A stretch of DNA of 64,000 nucleotides. Origin: Octopus vulgaris. Taxonomy: Eukaryota. The notes under the pieces are model-generated. The model was not told the DNA's origin. It searched no databases and saw only the letters and a list, made by a program, of their open reading frames with translations. The stretch is from the NCBI GenBank assembly GCA_951406725.2, contig OX597838.1:8928001-8992000 (forward strand), given 5' to 3'. Position 1 is the first letter of the stretch. Every line of letters starts with the position of its first letter. This document shows, in pieces, positions 26,231-38,200 of this stretch. Made by a program: the position numbers and the translations under genes.

Positions 26231-27824
26231 CCAAATTCGAAAAGAAAATCAAACTGGAGGAGTAGAATTGAAACTGAGATTGAATCATTGCGAAGGGAGG
26301 TATCAATATTAACTGAGCTGTTTGCTGGAAATGGTGTAAGATCAAGAAAAGGTAGGAAGATTGTGAGAAAATATGGATTCTCAACAAGAGAAGAACTAAT
26401 GTCAGCGAAAGAAACACTTAAACAAAATGTTCAAGCAAAAGCTCAGAAAATACGCAGATTTGAGAAAAGAATCAAATGCTACAAGCAAAATAAGATGTTC
26501 AAATCCGACGCCAAATCATTTTACAGGGAAATAGGGAAGGAAAAAAATAACCATTGAAAATCCACCCCTAATGGAAGAAGTTGAAGACTTTTGGAAGGGG
26601 ATCTGGAGTGATGAGAAACCATACAATGAAAATGCAGACTGGATCAAACGCACCCAAGATGCCTACAAAAATCTACAAGAACAGGTATGGGAAGACATCT
26701 CAATCGCCGACCTAAGGAGGGCACTAACGAAGGCTCATAAGTGGAAATCCCCTGGTATTGATAGAGAACCAAATTTCTGGCTCTCATCCCTCTTGTCCGC
26801 ACACAAAATCTTAGTAACACTATTTAATAGTATTATAAAAGACCCGGAAAAAACTCCCCATTGGATGGCAAATGGTATGTATTACTTACCTCCTCCCCAA
26901 AAATAACAAAACGAAAGACCCCAAAAACTACCGGCCTATAACATGTTTGTCTACTACCTATAAGATTTTGACATCTATTCTAGTAGAGAAAACATATACG
27001 TTTATGGAAGAGAATAACCTCTTTCCCACTGAACAAAAAGGATGCAGACGAGGCTCATACGGATGCAAAGATCAGCTCCTAATTAACCGCATGATCCTTG
27101 AGAACTGCCATAACAAGCGCAGAAATCTCAGGTCTTCATGGATTGATTATAAAAAAGCCTTTGACAGCATACCACATTCGTGGATTCTGAAATCGCTGGA
27201 CATTTTCAAAATTTCTCCTGTGATTTCAGATTTTTTAAAGTATAATATGTCACTATGGAACACGAAGCTCCAATTATGCCATTCTAATGGAGTATTGTGC
27301 TCAAACAATATTAGTATAAACTGTGGCATTTTCCAAGGTGACTCACTTTCAGCACTAATATTCTGCATAGCACTAATACCACTCTCAAGTGAACTGAATA
27401 GAACAGGGTATGGCTACAAAATTGACAACAGGAAAATAAGCCATCTATTTTATATGGATGATTTAAAACTATATGGCAAAGATGATGAAGAGCTTCAAGG
27501 ACAACTACATACTGTGAAAGGATTTAGTGATGATATCGGGATGGAGTTTGGCCTTGAAAAGTGTGCCAAAGCCACTTTTAAGAAAGGGAAATTGGTAAAG
27601 TCAAGTTCAATCGAATTAGATGTGGAAACAGTAATAAAGGAACTTGAGCAAGAACAAACCTATAAATACCTAGGAATAAATGAAGGCTCTGGTATCCAGC
27701 ATGCAAGCATGAAAGAGAAGTTTAGGAAGGAATGTTATAGAAGAGTTCGAGCAGTCCTGAAGTCTGAGCTGAATGCATATAATAAGATGTTAGCCATAAA
27801 TTCCTTAGCAGTTCCAGTTGTTCT
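26231..27824 (+). mobile_element. Dong/R4-type LINE B, 5' half (RT), interrupted at ..INSLAVPVV
   Basis: FWKGIW, WKSPGID, NYRPITCLSTTYK, GIFQGDSLS, FYMDDLKLY, YKYLGI; clearly different in sequence from fragment A. Confidence 0.9.
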
Positions 27825-28599
27825 TTAAAAGTTAAGTGAATCGTTCAACCTCGCTACGACTACCTTCTTTCTTGCACTTATCCTTACTCTTTCTCTATTC
27901 TTCAATTTCCATCTCATTGTATTGTCCCTCATTCTTTCAGTATTCCCTCATTACCCTGTCTAGCTCAAACATTTTTTTTCGTTTAGACTTGTCTCCAGGT
28001 TCATAGCCACTCTGATTTTTCAATTTTTCAATTTTTCGTTTAGTATTGTCTCCCGATTCATACAAACCCATTTGCTAGCTCACGATTAACAGAACCTCTT
28101 TACTCAGCTACGGTGTTATATTAGCTATCAATAATGATATTCCCTCTGATTTTTCTGATTTTCAAACCTATTTATCTAATGTTTATTTATCGACAATGCC
28201 GTCCCCAGTCAAATTCCCTCACACCGCTTATTGTCACGTGTCCCTTGACCTCTCTCTCTAACTAACCCTATCTCTCTCTCGCTATGTTCCCCCCTTCCCA
28301 TAACCATCATCGCCATGGTCCTCTATGCCCCCCCACTCCCCAAAACCATCATCGCCATACATAAAAGAGCGATCGCATTTATCGTTAACCCCACTCGCTT
28401 CAAAAATTTTGTTCTCGAGTTACTGTTCATTTGCGTTGTGAGAAATTGCTGCCTTCATTTAAGAGAGTTCGGATTGGTGCTACTATTGTTTGTGTTAACT
28501 GTTTTGAACAGTGCCCGTTGTAAAACGGTAATTTTCGCCCTACGGGGCAGAAAATTTGTATTAACTGTATTTTTGTTACCTTGGAGGTAATTTTTTGAA

Positions 28600-29998
28600 A
28601 TGGAGTTCGACTTGACGTCGAAGGAAGATTTTCCCGTGATGGGAAAAAGTGAAAATAAGGATAAACAAGTACCCAAACAGTCATTCTCGGCCGCGGTGGG
28701 CGGCGCCATGATGGATGTCGAATTCAAAATTGAACAGCTATACGAATTCAGGAATCTAGTAAAAGTGGAAGGAGGCGAGATAAGGCTTGTACCGCCGCAG
28801 GCAAAAGTACAAGAGATCAAAGAAAGAATTGTGATTTACAAGGTATACAGCTTCAAAGAAAAGAAGATAATGGATGTGAAAAACGAAATTGTCGAGAAGT
28901 GCCTGTCCCCGGTGTGGGACAAAATTCGTCATGTCGTGAGAGGTGCACGCAGTGCTACGGTCGAGGCGCACTTTGACACGGCAGAGGTGGCGAGAGAGGT
29001 GTCGTCGTTGACCCTTAAAAACGACGACATCATGCTGCTACCCTCGTACATGGGGAAGCGAACTGCAAAATTACTGGTAGAAGACATACCCAGAGGGTAC
29101 GACATCATGTGGGTAGCAGCGGCGGTCCTGCACAACATTGAACGTGAAATATCAATACTGCAGATGAGAAGGAAAGAGGTGGTAAGGTGGAAGGGTCAGA
29201 CCCTGGAGCTCCTAGTGCAGGCGGAGAACAAAATCCTGGAAAACCTGCCCGACAGAATCTTTAATGAGGACGGTACGTCCAATGAGAGTTTCGGTGGAGG
29301 GACGTAGACCCAGATGCTTCAAGTGTGGAGAGAAGGGTCACGTCCGATCCAACTGTATTAAAAAGAAAAAAACAGAAGAAGCGCCTCCTCAAAGTGTCCC
29401 CAACACTGAAGGGGAGGAAACAGGAAAAAACAACAAAAAGACGAAGACAAGTACGGAAACAAAAACGGACCAGACAGAACTAATGGACTACACACAAGTC
29501 ACCCATAAAAGAAAAAAAGATAATACCCAGGACTCCCCTCCCCAAACAAAGAAAAAAACAGCAAACACAGCAGACACACACATCAAGCAAATCCCCCAAC
29601 CCTACCCCCATGGCACTGTTTTCATTGGAAAACAGTTTGCCAAGCCCCTCCCCATAAAACAAGACATAAAAAAGTGCTTACTGAAAAACGAAAGAATAAT
29701 AGCTTTCGATGAGAAAAATGAAAAAGTATATAAGTGTTGCAAATTCTCAAGATTTGTACTGTACAGTAGAGCCACAGATGTAAAAGCAACCGCTCGCTTC
29801 GCCAAGGTAGGGGAGGACGAGTGGAAAGGAGGAGGTTCTTCAGGAACATCTGAGGAACCGTCTAATAAGAGACGTAACCAAAGAGGTTATGGAGGGCAAA
29901 CTAATAATAACCCCGGCAACCACACCCACCCAGAGCCCAGTGGCAACGCCGGTCAAGAGCCCTGCAGCAGCGGAAGAAGGGGAAGCAGGCAGACTTAA
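28600..29998 (+). CDS. Tx1-like ORF1 (gag-like, CCHC zinc knuckle), frameshifted near 29280
   Basis: ORFs 28600-29307 and 29264-29998 overlap in different frames; CFKCGEKGHVRSNC knuckle. Confidence 0.8.
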
Positions 29999-30054
29999 AC
30001 TGTCATGCTCCCTTTCACAACCGTGAGTACTTTTATGTTTCTCTCTCACCCACA

Positions 30055-33000
30055 ATGGCTAAGCTGGGTTGTATAAATGTACGTGGAATGGGGTCGAAAC
30101 GGAAACAAATTTGTTTCCTGAACGACCTCACAACACACGGTGTAGATATTGCTATTGCAACCGAGTCCAAGATGAGCGAGACCCAAGCGTTCTCGCCTCT
30201 TCTAAATGGTTTCGAGAAATTTATTTCTCCTAGCCGAGGAAGAGGCAGAGGCGTGGCAGTCTTCATCAGGAAGAGCTTGGACTTGCAGGTAAGTACTGTC
30301 TTTCTGGACCCAGAAGGCAGGCTGGTTGTCCTGGATGTGACTCACGTAAGTAAACAGTCCTTCAGGTTGGTAGCTGTCTACGCCCCGAACGAGGGTAGAC
30401 AGACGGGTTTTTTCGGAACCTGGAGCCCTTTTTAGCGACGTCGAAAACAGTAATCCTAGTAGGGGACTTTAACACTGTCCTTGAAGCGCACATCGACAAT
30501 GTTGGCTCAACCAATAGGAAGGGGAACCCTAGCCTCAAGGGTCTACTAGAGAGCTTTGATCTAGTGGACCGTTACCGACTGGATGAGCCGAGCGTTCCAC
30601 AGTGGACGTGGAGTAACAACGACGGCTCACACAGATCGTATCTAGATAGGATATTTATTAAGAAAAGAGATAAGGATACGTTTAGTTGTCCACAATTTCA
30701 TATTGTACCTTACTCGGATCACAAATTTGTGACGTGTGAGGTGCAATTAGACAAGTGTCATAGACAGGGACCCGGGTACTGGAAGCTGAACAAGGCTATT
30801 TTGAATTGTGAAGACTTCCGTACCCGGATTAAGGTGTTAGTTCAGAGGGCATTGTGTGGCACCATCATTAACAATAGATGGTGGCACGCCCTCAAAAGAG
30901 CCATTCGTTTAGAGTCCGTTAGATTTAGCAATCAGCTAAGGATAGATAGGGCTAGTCTAGAGGGCGATTTAGTTAAGAATCTAGACGAGGCAATGGAAGC
31001 TGGCTCTGCATCCGGAGTGTTGGCGGCAAGGACGGTATTGTACCGCCACCTTAACTCCAAACACGAAGGTTGCAGAGTCAGAGCTAAGCTGCGCGCTGGG
31101 AAACGAGAAGGTATTAACGTGGCCGGATGGGCCCGTCGTGTGGAGAGTCAGAGAGGCAACAGAGCCTCAATCAAATCTTTGACTGACGAACAGGGACAAA
31201 AGATCTATGGACAGGAGGAGATGCAAAAGTTTCTTCACCAGCATTTCGCTCGCGTGTTCGGGGGTGGTGGTTCGCTGGATCGGGGGAGGGCCTTAAAGGA
31301 CTTCCTAGCCGGCGGACCGCGGCTCGCGGGGCGTGAGGTGGAGTGCTGTGAAGGAGCGATCACTCCCGCGGAGATAAGGGAGATACTGGCCGGATGCGCC
31401 GGGGAGAAGTCGCCGGGGTTGGATGGTCTGCCCTACGAGTTTTACCAAAGTATGCCGGACTTGTTCGGGGGAATACTGGCGGGCGTCTACACGAACTGGC
31501 AGCAGAATGGGAGAATTCCCAGTTCTGTAAGCCGGGGAGTGGTGACGCTAATCCAGAAAGACCCGAGCAAGGGGGATAACATCAGTAACTACAGGCCCAT
31601 AACTCTACTTAATGTAGAGTTAAAGATTTTGGCCAAGGTGTTGGCAAAAAGGTTGACGGTTGTCGTGGAGAAACTTGTAGGGAGAGCACAGACATGTGCA
31701 ATTCCAGGCAGGTCGATCCAGGACAACCTTCACCTTATACGCTATACCTTAGATAGGGTGGGTAAATTAGCCGGCAAAGGCGGGGTAATGGTCCATTTAG
31801 ACCAAAGTAAAGCCTTCGATAGGGTAGACCATGGGTACCTGGCGACGGTCCTCGAAGCGGCTGGGCTGGGCCCTGAATTTCGCGGGTGGATCTCCGCTAT
31901 GTATAGCGGCATCAAGTCCACCGTCCAGATAAACGGTTACCTAACGGAACCGTTTTCGATCGAGTGTTCAGTGCGTCAGGGGTGCCCCTTGTCACCACTT
32001 TTGTACGTATTGGCTCTTGAGCCATTGCTGCGAAAGTTGGAGAGGCTGGGAGTAACTCGGATGAAATCGGAGGTGGGAGGACGGTTACTGCTTATGCGGA
32101 TGACGTCACCCTCATCGTGTCCAAAGAGGCCCAACTACCTTGTGTAGAGGAGGCTATCAGAGGATACGAGGCGGTGGCAGGAGCAAAGGTTAACAAGGAC
32201 AAATCGGTTGGCTTGCGCCTCGGCACCTGGAGGAGCAAGTCGATATCGTCCAGTGTCGTGGGACACTGGACGGATGGCCCTGTTAAGTTGCTGGGAGTTT
32301 GGTTCGGGCCAGACTCCCAAACGGAGAAGAACTGGAGTGAGGTGACAAGCAAGGTGGAAGCCATAGTACGGACCTGGTCCGGAAGGTTTCTGTCCTTGAA
32401 AGGAAAGGCGGAGGTGGTGCAGATGTTCATTGCATCTGTAATCACCTACCGCCTGACCGTTGTCCCTTGCCCCGATTCATGGCTTAACAAGTTGGAGCGA
32501 ATCCTTTTCCGCTTTTTGTGGAAAGGAGGAAGGCCACTTGTGAGGCGCTCCGTTTGCTGCCAGGAACCGTTAAAGGGTGGGTTAGGAATGCCTTGGTTGA
32601 TGATGCGCAGACATGCGTTGAGGCTAAGGCATCTCTGGCACCACCTGGAGGGTGATAAGGTGTGGAGTCCGCTGGCAGGGGGATTTTTCCCGAGACCGGC
32701 CTCCTTAGTGAATTTTAAACCCGGTTACATCAAAAGATGGAAACTGACTCCATGGCAAAAGGAGTGCCGACAGGCGCTCACGCTGATCCACAAGGCGGGC
32801 AAGGCCGGCTGCGGAAATACCACCTCGGTATTTTATAGAGGGCTGGTAGAGGCAAAAACGACGACGTCCTAGGAGGGGCTCTGGGGTTTGATGAAGACCA
32901 GCTTGCCAACCTGTTTAAAAAACTTTCAGGTCGGGGTATTTGGATAATTTCCAAAGATCCCTGGCCTGGCAGTGCTATAGGAATGCTTTACCTGTTCGCG

Positions 33001-33440
33001 AGAAGTTATCGCGGCACGGAGTTTCAGTGCCACCGACGTGTCCAAGGTGCGAGTTGGACGATGAAACCGTCCAGCACGCTTTTGTTCACTGTCGGAAGTT
33101 GTCCGACTTGATAAGTTACGCAGAACACGTGTTATCGCATCTGGGACGAGTACAGCTGTCGGCTGAGTCTATGATTAAGATGATACCGCCAACTGGACTC
33201 TCGAAGGAAGGTGAGGCATGTTTTCACTGCACGGTTGCAGTAATAAAGGAATGCATGTGGAGAACGAGAATGGAAGGAGCCACGATAGGATCCTTTGTCT
33301 CCGGCCCCAGCTTGCTCACTTACTTCAGATATCATCTGAAGAGCAAAATGGGGCTGGAAAAGAGGATCTTACCGCGGGGTGTGTATGAGAAAAGATGGAA
33401 GGAAGTGGAAAGAAAGGTGGGTGTCAGAAACCCAGCTTGA
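30055..33440 (+). CDS. Tx1-like ORF2 (APE endonuclease + reverse transcriptase + C-terminal zinc finger), split by ~3 frameshifts
   Basis: GCINVRG..ATES (APE N-terminus), LVGDFN, SYLDRIF, YSDH, GPGYWKLN, KSPGLDGLP, NYRPITLLN, LDQSKAFDRV, VRQGCPLSP, AYADDV at ~32091, CPRC..ETVQHAFVHC. Confidence 0.9.
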
Positions 33441-35222
33441 CCATGGAGGAGAGAGAGGAAGTGGAAGCTGCAGGGCCTCATAAATTGCCGGGGTGTAAAA
33501 ACTCCAGTGAGACTACAAGTTCATCTACTGTTGTTTGTTATACTGGTTATGCAAAGGATATTATTTTATAATGAATCTAAACAAAATTTTTAATCGAATC
33601 TCTTAAATGTTTTTTGTATGTATGTCCTGTATTTGTCCTTCTGTGTATCGATTTTCATAATCATAATAAAGAAATACCCACTCGCTTCAAAATATCTAAA
33701 GACGAAATACGCACAGATCATGATTGGCTAAAGCTAAGTGAATTGTTCAACCTCGCTACGACTACCTTCTATCTTGCACTTATCTTTATTCTTTCACTAT
33801 TCTTCAATTTCCATCTCATTGTATTGTCCCTCATTCTTTCAGTATTCCCTCATTACCCTGTCTAGCTCAAACATTTTTTTCGTTTAGACTTGTCTCCAGG
33901 TTCATAGCCACTCTGATTTTTCAATTTTCAATTTTTCGTTTAGTTTTTCCCGATTCAACCCCATTTGCTAGCTCACGATTAACAGAACCTCTTTACTAAG
34001 CTACGATGTTATATTAGCTATCAATAATGATTATTCCCTCTGATTTTTCTGATTTTCAAACCTATTTATCTAATGTTTATTTATCGACAATGCCGTCCCC
34101 AGTCAAATTCCCTCACACCGCTTATTGTCACGTGTCCCTTGACCTCTCTCTAACTAACCCTATCTCTCTCTCGCTATGTTCCCCCCTTCCCATAACCATC
34201 ATCGCCATGGTCCTCTATGCCCCCCCCCCACTCCCCAAAACCATCATCGCCATACATAAAAGAGCGATCGCATTTATCGTTAACCCCACTCGCTTCAAAA
34301 TATCTAAAGAATACGCACAGATCATGAATGGCTAAAAGTTAAGTGAATCGTTCAACCTCGCTACGACTACCTTCTTTCTTGCACTTATCCTTACTCTTTC
34401 TCTATTCTTCAATTTCCATCTCATTGTATTGTCCCTCATTCTTTCAGTATTCCCTCATTACCCTGTCTAGCTCAAACATTTTTTTTCGTTTAGACTTGTC
34501 TCCAGGTTCATAGCCACTCTGATTTTTCAATTTTTCAATTTTTCGTTTAGTATTGTCTCCCGATTCATACAAACCCATTTGCTAGCTCACGATTAACAGA
34601 ACCTCTTTACTAAGCTACGATGTTATATTAGCTATCAATAATGATTATTCCCTCTGATTTTTCTGAAAACCTATTTATCTAATGTTTATTTATCGACAAT
34701 GCCGTCCCCAGTCAATTTCCTCACACCGCTTTATTGTCACGTGTCCCTTGACCTCTCTCTAACTAACCCTATCTCTCCTCTTTCTCTATGTCCCCCTCTT
34801 CCCATAACCATCATCGCCATATCTCTCTCTATGTTTCTCCCCCCCCTTCCCAAAACCATCATCGCCATATATAAAAGAGCGATCGCATTTATCGTTAACC
34901 CCACTCGCTTCAAAATATCTAAAGAAAATACGCACAGATCATGATTGGCTAAAGTTAAGTGAATTGTTCAACCTCGCTACGACTACCTTCTATCTTGCAC
35001 TTATCTTTACTTCTTTCACTATTCTTCAATTTCCATCTCATTGTATTGTTCCTCATTCTTTCAGTATTCCCTCATTACCCTGTCTAGCTCAAACATTTTT
35101 TTTCGTTTAGTCTTGTCTCCAGGTTCATAGCCACTCTGATTTTTCAATTTTTCGTTTAGTATTGTCTCATTCATACCCATTTGCTAGCTCCGATTTAACA
35201 GAACCTTTACTCACCTACGGTG

Positions 35223-38200
35223 CACCCGCCCCCCACCCCCACCACACATGCCGGAAGTTCCTATTCTCTTCCATTCCGGGGTTGCTTCCCATGAAGACTG
35301 CAAATGCTCTCACCATCCCTACCCCTCCCTACCCCTAGTCTCGACCTATGTAAGGTAATGTTCATACAGTGCAAAATATGAAAGGCTAGCGTTATGCAGG
35401 TTGTACTGAAGGCTACTTTACTACTTCATTTCTTGCACATGAATTCTGCCAAATGCGAGCTTTCTTTTCAGGTACACGAAGCTACTGTCCACCGTCCCAG
35501 GGTCTCTAGAGCCCATGCCTTCCCACACCCTCAGGGTTGGCACCCTCAACGTTGGCACTCTGAAAGGTAGGTCTGGTGAGATAGTCGAGATGCTTGAACG
35601 GAGATGTGTGGATATATGTTGCATGCAAGAAATAAGGTGGAGAGGAGGATCAGCTAGGTTCCTCACAGGCAAGGAACGCAGGTACAAGATTTTCTGGGCA
35701 GGGAACACTGACGGGGTTGGTGGCGTGGGTATACTTATCGCTGAGAAATGGGTAGATAAAGTAATTGAGGTAATCAGAGTATGTGACAGAATACTTAAGA
35801 TTAGATTAGTGCTTCATCATAGTTTAGCAACCATTATATCAGCCTATGCTCCTCAGTCGGGGCTACCCGATGGACAGAAAGACCGATTCTATGACACTCT
35901 ACTGCAGACTACCTCGTTGACGAACGACAGAGACCTTATCTTTGTGGCTGGTGACTTCAATGGTCACGTTGGACGACATGCTGGGGGCTTCCATGGCGTA
36001 CATGGAGGCTATGGCTATGGCTCCCGCAACGAGGAGGGAACCAGGCTGCTGGAGTTCTGCGATGCAAATAATCTTATGATTTGCAACACTAACTTCAGGA
36101 AACCTACCAGCCACCTAGTCACTTACCAATCGGGCCAACATACCAGCCAAATTGACTACATCCTTGCAAGGCAAAGGGAGAGATGGCTGCTTATAAATGC
36201 CAAAACCTTCCCAGGTGAAGAATGTACCCCACAACATAGACTGGTAGTTAGTGACTTTAGGATCAGGACTAGGAGGACAACCAGAAGACGACCAATATGG
36301 AGAAGAAGGATCTGGAAGCTTAAAGATCCTGCAAATGGACAGAGATTTAGGACATATTACTTGAAGCCTCTGACGAAGTAGAAGGGGATAGAGCATCACA
36401 GGGGGTAGAAGACAGCTGGACGTTTCTAAGGGACAACCTGCTGAGAGCCACTGACCAGATCTGTGGCTGGTGCAAAGTCCCCTCTCGACCTAGAATAACG
36501 TGGTGGTGGAACAATATTGTAGACAGGGCTATTAGAGAAAAGAGACAGGCTTGGAAGGTCTGGAAAAATGGGGGTAGCAGGGAATTGTATCAGACTGCCA
36601 AAAGAGAAGCTAAGGAGACAGGTTTATTTAGCCAGAGGGGAAGCAGATAAGAAAAAATTTGCCAATGTTCTGCGCCGTGAGGACCAAAGACTGGAGGTGT
36701 TTCGTGTTGCAAGACAGTGTGTGAGAGAGAATCGTGATGTGGTAGGAGAGAAGTGTGTTCGCATGGAAGATGGTTCACTTGCGCTAAATGAGGATGCAAA
36801 GAGAGAGGTTTGGAGATGCCACTATGAAAGTTGCTGAATGAAGAAAATGAATGGGATAAAGAGAGTCTGCCGAATGTTGACCCAACAGAGGGACCAGCTA
36901 TCCGAGTTGATAGTTCTGTGGTAGCTAAGGCAATTAGAAGCATGAAGACAGGAAAAGCCCCAGGCCCATCAGGAATCACTGCAGAGATGCTCAAAATGTC
37001 TGGTAGTGTCGGCTATAGCCTAGTCACCCATATAGTTAATCAGGTGATACACAAAGGGTCATACCCAATGACTGGTGTAGCAGTATAATAGTCAACTGCT
37101 ACAAAGGTAAAGGTGATGCCCTAGATACAAATAACTACAGAGGTATCAAGCTGTTGGACCAGGTGATGAAGGTTACGGAGAGGGTCATAGCCCAACTAAT
37201 TAGAGAGAGAGTTAGTTTAGATGAGATGCAGTTTGGGTTTGTGCCAGGGAAAAGTACTACTGATGCTATATTCCTGGTAAGGCAGCTGCAGGAGAAATAC
37301 CTAGCCAAAGATAAGCCCCTGTACCTGGCTTTTGTTGACATGGAGAAAGCCTTCGACAGGGTCCCCCGATCCCTTATCTGGTGGGCAATGAGAAAACTAG
37401 GGATAGATGAATGGTTAGTGAGAGCTGTGCGGGCCATGTATAGGGACGCCGCTAGTAGGGTGAGGGTTGGAAATGAGTACAGTGAAGAATTCCGGGTAGA
37501 GGTAGGGGTCCACCAAGGCTCAGTACTCAGCCCCCTCCTATTTATCATAGTCCTCCAGGCAATAACGGAGGAATTCAAGACAGGATGCCCTTGGGAGCTC
37601 CTCTATGCTGATGACCTTGCTCTAATTGCTGAGTCGCTATCAGAACTGGAGGAGAAGTTTCAGGTGTGGAAACAAGGATTAGAATCGAAGGGCCTCAGAG
37701 TCAATCTAGCTAAAACCAAAGTCGTAATCAGTAGGAAGGTAGACAAATCACAAACACCTTCAGGTAGATGGCCCTGCTCGATCTGTAGAAAAGGTGTAGG
37801 TAGAAACTCTATAAGATGCACCAAGTGTAAGCTATGGACACATAAGAGATGCAGCAATGTCAAAGGAAGGCTAACTAGGAAGATGGTTTTTGTATGTGGC
37901 AGATGCTCAGGAACAATAAACACTGAAAATGCTCTGAGACCAACTTCTGTCACTTTCCAGGGAGAAAAACTAGAAATAGTTGATAGTTTCCGTTACCTAG
38001 GTGACCAAGTCAGCAGCGGGGGCGGGTGTGCTGAAAGTGTAACTGCTAGAGTAAGAATAGCTTGGGCAAAGTTCAGAGAGCTCTTACCTCTGCTGGTGAC
38101 AAAAGGCCTCTCGCACAGAGTGAAAGGCAGACTGTATGATGCGTGTGTACGAACAGCCATGCTACATGGCAGTGAAACATGGGCCGTGACTGCTGAGGAT

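Larger units (their letters stand above)
28406..33676 (+). mobile_element. Full-length L1/Tx1-clade non-LTR retrotransposon (~5.3 kb) with 16-bp TSD
   Basis: CCCACTCGCTTCAAAA is duplicated at 28390-28405 and 33677-33692. 5'UTR, ORF1, ORF2, then a 3'UTR ending AATAAAGAAAT. Confidence 0.93.
27826..35222 (+). repeat. Tandem array of ~605-616 bp monomers (~3.4 copies; copy 1 interrupted by the Tx1 element)
   Basis: The anchor AAGTGAAT(C/T)GTTCAACC recurs at 27834, 33736, 34341 and 34957. Pyrimidine-rich + strand. The last copy is partial and runs into the RTE 5' region. Confidence 0.95.

Noticed and set aside
28315-28590. Small ORFs within the monomers (28315, 33614, 34027, 34699)
   Set aside because: Frames are not preserved between monomer copies (indels) and no recognisable domain is present.
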